Shown here in pieces: positions 59,505 through 64,000 of a stretch of 64,000 nt of DNA (within the stretch, counting starts at the first letter, position 1; each line of letters opens with the position of its first letter). Both the position numbers and the translations under genes were made by a program. The stretch covers positions 1,792,001-1,856,000 of the forward strand of contig CBDDCK010000005.1 in assembly GCA_965225855.1 (NCBI GenBank), in the 5' to 3' direction. This stretch comes from Spirochaetia bacterium (GTDB taxonomy: Bacteria > Spirochaetota > Spirochaetia > SP-2023). The notes under the pieces are model-generated. The model saw only the letters and a list, made by a program, of their open reading frames with translations, did no database searches and was not told the origin of the DNA.

Positions 59505-61903
59505 CACCTTTTAGCTTGGTTGTACCAGCCTTGATAAAAAAACTTACCAAGGCTGAAACAACTAAGCATTGCTTACCGCAACAACAAAACCTTATTTACC
59601 AACCGCAAAAACTTCAATAGGATTGGTTGGGTCTGCTGAACTACCAATTACAAATCCTGCTGCTGCTTTAAGGTTGTATGCACCATCATTATCACGAAGA
59701 CCAACCTTAACCAGTATCTTATTGGCTTCCGCTTTTACAGTACCGCTTAAAGTAATATATAAGGTTGTTTTATTTGCACCAGAACCTGTGGCTGTGTTTG
59801 CACCTGCAGTTGCGTGCCGGGGTAATGTGTATTCCTTACTACTATCACCGGATACAAGCGTCAATTTGCTAAAGTCCCAGTCTGCAACTGTTGTCGGTAA
59901 ATTATCACCATCAATCAATAATAGGCCTTTACTAATAGAGTAGCGTACGGATTCGATTTCGACTACATACCCACTGACGGTAATAGGGTTATTGCTTGTG
60001 TCTTCAGCCCTACCACCTGCAAATCCTGCTGCTGCTTCCAGGTTGTATACACCATTATCATCACGAACACCATTCTTAACCAATATCTTATCGGCTTTCC
60101 TTTGTTCACTACCCTTTAAAGTAATCGTTAAGCTTGTTGCACTTGCTGCAGAACCTTTGGCAAAGTGTGTAGTTGAAGCTGGGCTGTGTGCTCTTAATGG
60201 GACACTCTTACGACCATTACCTGCAACAAACCTCAATTTGGTGAAGTCCCAGCCCCACACTGTTGACGGTAAATTGACACCTGTAATCACTAACACGCCT
60301 GTACCAGAATTGTAGGTTGCACTGGTAATTGCGGGGTTACCACTAACGGCCAAGGCTTTGGCTGTATCTAAACCCGCCCAAGCACCAGTGCCAACGCTAA
60401 GTAACCCATCTTTTAGACCATTGCTATCCATACCGTCCTTGCCATTCAGAGTAGCTTTATCGTCATCGGTAAGGTAAAGCCAAAGCGCTGTGCCAGCGCT
60501 ATGCAGGCGGTACTTACCTTTTGCAAGACCGCGACTATCTGACCCAGTGGCTGGGTCATCTGCAATATAGGAACTTAAGGCTAAGCCAGCTACCGTGATA
60601 GTTTGGATTTGGGCTTGTTGCGCACTACCTAAGCGATTACCTTGTATGGTTAGCAGCGCCGTGCCAACATGGTAGCTTGCACCGGTAATTGCGGGGTTTC
60701 CACTAACGGCCAAGGCTTTGGCTGTATTTAAACCCGCCCAAGTACCAGTGCCAACGCTAAGCAACCCATCTTTTAGACCATTGCTATCCATACCTGTCTT
60801 GCCATTCAGAGTAGCTTTATCGGTATCGGTAAGGTAAAGCCAAAGCGCTGTGCCATCGTTTTTAATGCGGTACTTACCTTTTGTAAGACCACGACTATCT
60901 GGCCCAGTGGCTGTGCCATCTGTAGTATAGGAACTTAAGGCTACGCCATCTACCGTGATGGTTTGGATTTGGGCTTGGGTCGCACTAGCTAAGTGAGTAC
61001 CTTGTACAGTTAGCAGAGCCGTGCCAACATTGTAGCTTGCACGGGTAATTGCGGCTTGTTCGGCTTGTTCAGCTTGTTCAGCTTGTTCGGTTTGTTCGGC
61101 TTGTTCAGCTTGCTTAGGCGACTGCTGTTCGGCTTGTTCGGCTTGTTCGTCTTTAGGTTGCTTAGGCGACTGATCTTCAGCTTGTTCGTCTTCTTCAGCT
61201 TCTTCAGTTTGCTTAGATGGCTGATTGTCATCGGATACTTCAGTTTGCTTAGATGGCTTATCGGGTACATTACTAACTTCCAAGTCTTTGGCTGTATCTA
61301 AACCCGCCCAAGTACCAGTGCTAGTAAGCAACCCTTTTTTTAGACCATTGCTACCCACCTTGGCCTCAAGAGTAGCTTTATGTGGATCGGTAAGTTTCAG
61401 CCAAAGCGCTGTGCCATCGCTTTTAATACGGTACTTACCTTGTTCAAGACCGTTACTATTTACCCCAGTGGCATCGTCATCTGCAGTATAGGAACTTAAG
61501 GCTACGCCATCTACCACGATGGTTTGGATTTGCGCTTCTGTAGGACTTAAGTTAGTGCCTTGTATGGTTAACAGAGCCGTAGCAAAGTCGTAGATGGCGT
61601 TATTGATAGTCGGCCCAGAAGACGGCGCACCATTGTCATCGTTGTCATCGGGTGGGGCGCAGGCAAAGGCCATAAAGGCCAGTAGCAGTACTACAGGCAA
61701 TAAAAATAGTTTGTGCTTATTCATAAGCAATACCTCCAAAAAGGGATCCAACAAGGGATAAAGATTAGCCAACCCATACGGGCTAGTCTGTAAATCCCCA
61801 TTTTGCTAGGGGGGGTGTTGCGTCAAGGCCTTTATAAGGCTTTTTGCAAGTTTTTTTGTGCTTTTTTTATGTTTGGGGCACTTTTTTTGTATCTTAGTGT
61901 TGT
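59505..61903 (-). repeat. Long inverted repeat arm 2
   Basis: Reverse-complement homology to 51781..53885. Confidence 0.9.
59592..61724 (-). CDS. Modular surface lipoprotein (A-linker-A-A-B-B repeats), paralogue 2
   Basis: RBS ggagg; MNKHK..LAFMAFAC lipobox; one extra ~120-aa A repeat versus paralogue 1; (EQA)n 9-bp microsatellite at ~61055..61150. Confidence 0.85.
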   Translation of the reverse strand: MNKHKLFLLPVVLLLAFMAFACAPPDDNDDNGAPSSGPTINNAIYDFATALLTIQGTNLSPTEAQIQTIVVDGVALSSYTADDDATGVNSNGLEQGKYRIKSDGTALWLKLTDPHKATLEAKVGSNGLKKGLLTSTGTWAGLDTAKDLEVSNVPDKPSKQTEVSDDNQPSKQTEEAEEDEQAEDQSPKQPKDEQAEQAEQQSPKQAEQAEQTEQAEQAEQAEQAAITRASYNVGTALLTVQGTHLASATQAQIQTITVDGVALSSYTTDGTATGPDSRGLTKGKYRIKNDGTALWLYLTDTDKATLNGKTGMDSNGLKDGLLSVGTGTWAGLNTAKALAVSGNPAITGASYHVGTALLTIQGNRLGSAQQAQIQTITVAGLALSSYIADDPATGSDSRGLAKGKYRLHSAGTALWLYLTDDDKATLNGKDGMDSNGLKDGLLSVGTGAWAGLDTAKALAVSGNPAITSATYNSGTGVLVITGVNLPSTVWGWDFTKLRFVAGNGRKSVPLRAHSPASTTHFAKGSAASATSLTITLKGSEQRKADKILVKNGVRDDNGVYNLEAAAGFAGGRAEDTSNNPITVSGYVVEIESVRYSISKGLLLIDGDNLPTTVADWDFSKLTLVSGDSSKEYTLPRHATAGANTATGSGANKTTLYITLSGTVKAEANKILVKVGLRDNDGAYNLKAAAGFVIGSSADPTNPIEVFAVGK

Positions 61904-62099
61904 AGGCAAATACGTTGCTTAGTAGCCAATAAATTATTTGAGACTACTGGGGTAAAAATTTGTATAAGCCTGGGTGTTTGTGGCTTGTCTGTTCCAGCCT
62001 TTGGTTGGCCTTTGGGGTGGGAAAGTATAGAATTGAATAAAATACTTGATTACACCTTAATTACACTATGGGGCAATCTCCAAAAGGTCAAACATTTAA

Positions 62100-62383
62100 T
62101 GAAAATGAAAACGGGATATTATTCTTTCAGGGGCGTTCAGAATTTGGCCAACGATTTCCTAACACAAGGCACTGTATTTCGATCAATCAATAAAACCGAT
62201 TTAGCAAAACAAACATTAATATCTCCCAATCAAATAATCTGCTATACATTCAATAAAAATATTTCACACATTGATAACAAAATAGAAAACCAAACTTTAA
62301 CTAAAATTAGGGATACACTTTTGGCCCAATTGCTATCGGGCAAACTGCGTATTGCCGATGTAGAAAATTTCATTAAAGACTAG
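62100..62383 (+). pseudogene. hsdS: Type I R-M specificity subunit (HsdS) C-terminal fragment
   Basis: GTVFRSINKTDL..P..FN..ENQTLTKIRDTLLAQLLSGKLRI conserved HsdS tail; no hsdM/hsdR nearby. Confidence 0.8.
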
Positions 62384-62390
62384 GGTATTA

Positions 62391-62459
62391 ATAGGTGGGA
62401 GGTAAATCTATTGATAGATTTAGGTCAATTCTATCAATAGGTGGGAGGTAGTTCTATGG
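62391..62459. repeat. 23-bp-period tandem repeat, 3 units (outer two near-identical)
   Basis: ataggtgggaggtaaatctattg / atagatttaggtcaattctatca / ataggtgggaggtagttctatgg. Confidence 0.85.
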
Positions 62460-62916
62460 TTAGAGGGGGCTGGCTACTTTAATTAGATAATGATAAGTCG
62501 ATGCCCCAATTTGTGAATCTGCTTTTTTTATCTGAAGCCCTTTGGTCTTTACCTTGCGGCTCTTCTGGGTATTTAGCTGGGGCTCTTCACGCAAACAACT
62601 TTGACAATACAGTGTCGATCGGGTTTGTTGCTTTGGGTTATTGGTTGGGGGTGGCCTTTGGTTTGTTGTTGGGGTGGGGCTAAATGAACAAATATTTAAC
62701 TAAAAGCGTTACGCTAAGTTATGTTAAAGACTATCTTATCCTCCCCAAAAAAGATTGTATTATTTATCCTTGGATGCTGCATACTACTGGGTTCTATTGT
62801 TAAATTTAAGTAAGGCATCTATCTTGAATTTAACATACAGTAGATATAAAATGCTGTACTCTATTTTTGGAGTACTATATTGCCTGTATTTGTAATAGTA
62901 GGATTTTGGGGTGTAC

Positions 62917-64000
62917 ATGTGTAAAAAAATAATACCAAGTTTGCTGGTTTGTAAAATAGTTTTTATCAGCATTATGATAGCATTCGTTTCTTGTTCTAAA
63001 TTGCCAATAGCTCATTATACTTTAGTTTTAGTGCAAGATTCCTCAAATGAATCAAAAATTTTGTTAAGCAAGCTTAAAGCAGCGAAATTGGCAATAGAGA
63101 AATTTAATGCCAAAACTAATATTAATACTTTGAATTTAACTTTGGAAGTATTGGATTTAGCTAAGCAAAATATTGCCTCTTCTGCTGATTTACAAAGTTA
63201 TATCCACCAATTGCAGCATGGCAAATTGTATCGTTCTGTTATTATAGGCTTTGCTATAGGGGCTGGAGCTATAGCCAAGACTAGAGAGCCTGCAACTTTT
63301 TCACTACTGCAATTTCAAAAAATCTTAAAAGATAGTGGTTCTTTATTGGTAGGTTCTTGGCCATTTCCCCCTGAGGGGACAAAAGAATATCCTTTGCAGC
63401 TAAATGTAGCAGAGCCAGCTTATGCTAGTAATTCATACTTTGTTCAATATATTATCAATAATCGCAAGTTGGATAACATTTATATTGTCTATGATGCGCA
63501 ACACCGCGGTATTGCAGAAGATTTTATTTTGCGTAGTAATCAACATGGCTTGCAAGTGGCTGCGAAATTACTGTATGTAGCGGGCAGTTCGGATTATGCA
63601 AAAGGTAGGATTCAAAGCCTTTCGGCTTTATTGAGTGTTGAAAAAAATGTGTTGCGGGGAAATAAGCAGAGGAATGGTATTGTGTTATTTTTAAATCAGT
63701 CTAATTTTGCAAAGAACAATGCTTATTTGTCTGAAAGTCCATATCGTTATTTTTTTGATAACTTTGATATTCTATTGAATAATGATCGATTAGATTTTGT
63801 AAATTCGCTAAACCCTAAGGTTGCGCGCTATTTTGTATTTCAGCAACAAGAATTTGCAGCGTATAAAAAGTACCAGAATTTTATTAGTCAGTATGAGAAA
63901 ATTTACCATTTGAATGCCCGCAAAGAGGCTGTCGAGCTCTACGATGTTATTGGTTTGCTATCTTATGCAGCCAAGAAAACCATAGAAGAGGCCCAAATAG
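62917..64000 (+). CDS. Putative lipoprotein of the type 1 periplasmic-binding (LivJ-like) family, 3' truncated by window edge
   Basis: Not in the ORF track; frame open from ATG 62917 to the window end; FVSC lipobox; AAKLAIEKFN, IYIVYD, ELYDVIGLL. Confidence 0.7.
   Translation, partial: MCKKIIPSLLVCKIVFISIMIAFVSCSKLPIAHYTLVLVQDSSNESKILLSKLKAAKLAIEKFNAKTNINTLNLTLEVLDLAKQNIASSADLQSYIHQLQHGKLYRSVIIGFAIGAGAIAKTREPATFSLLQFQKILKDSGSLLVGSWPFPPEGTKEYPLQLNVAEPAYASNSYFVQYIINNRKLDNIYIVYDAQHRGIAEDFILRSNQHGLQVAAKLLYVAGSSDYAKGRIQSLSALLSVEKNVLRGNKQRNGIVLFLNQSNFAKNNAYLSESPYRYFFDNFDILLNNDRLDFVNSLNPKVARYFVFQQQEFAAYKKYQNFISQYEKIYHLNARKEAVELYDVIGLLSYAAKKTIEEAQI

Overview
The window is chromosomal DNA from a moderately AT-rich bacterium, most likely a spirochaete. 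This rests on the HEAT-repeat gene next to ylqF, the infC-rpmI-rplT-zapB-zapA-6S order and spirochaete-type lipoboxes. It is probably host-associated, given an ankyrin-repeat remnant, many pseudogenes and paralogous surface lipoproteins. Housekeeping blocks (sugar ABC, rpe, rnfCDGE, polar amino-acid ABC, glnS, a galactosamine/tagatose catabolic cluster, rny, rbgA, glyA, bioF/bioH, tRNA-Leu, 6S RNA, rplT/rpmI/infC) alternate with AT-rich defence cassettes. The standout is 12250..15981, an intact 1243-aa type V CRISPR effector of the Cas12a2/Cas12a3 (Cms1) lineage with a complete RuvC D-E-D triad, a zinc ribbon and its own promoter and RBS. No CRISPR array or cas1/2/4 is present in the window, and the gene sits directly behind a type III R-M mod gene where res is expected. 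Other notable items are tandem DNA methyltransferase-T5orf172 (GIY-YIG) fusions, a DUF4011-helicase-Vsr (Hhe-like) gene bracketed by a diverged ~160-bp direct repeat, and two modular lipoprotein paralogues forming a ~2-kb inverted repeat around core genes. A recurrent element (3 x 22-23-bp repeat plus a G-rich tract) marks cassette borders. All family assignments are by eye and from memory; no searches were run.
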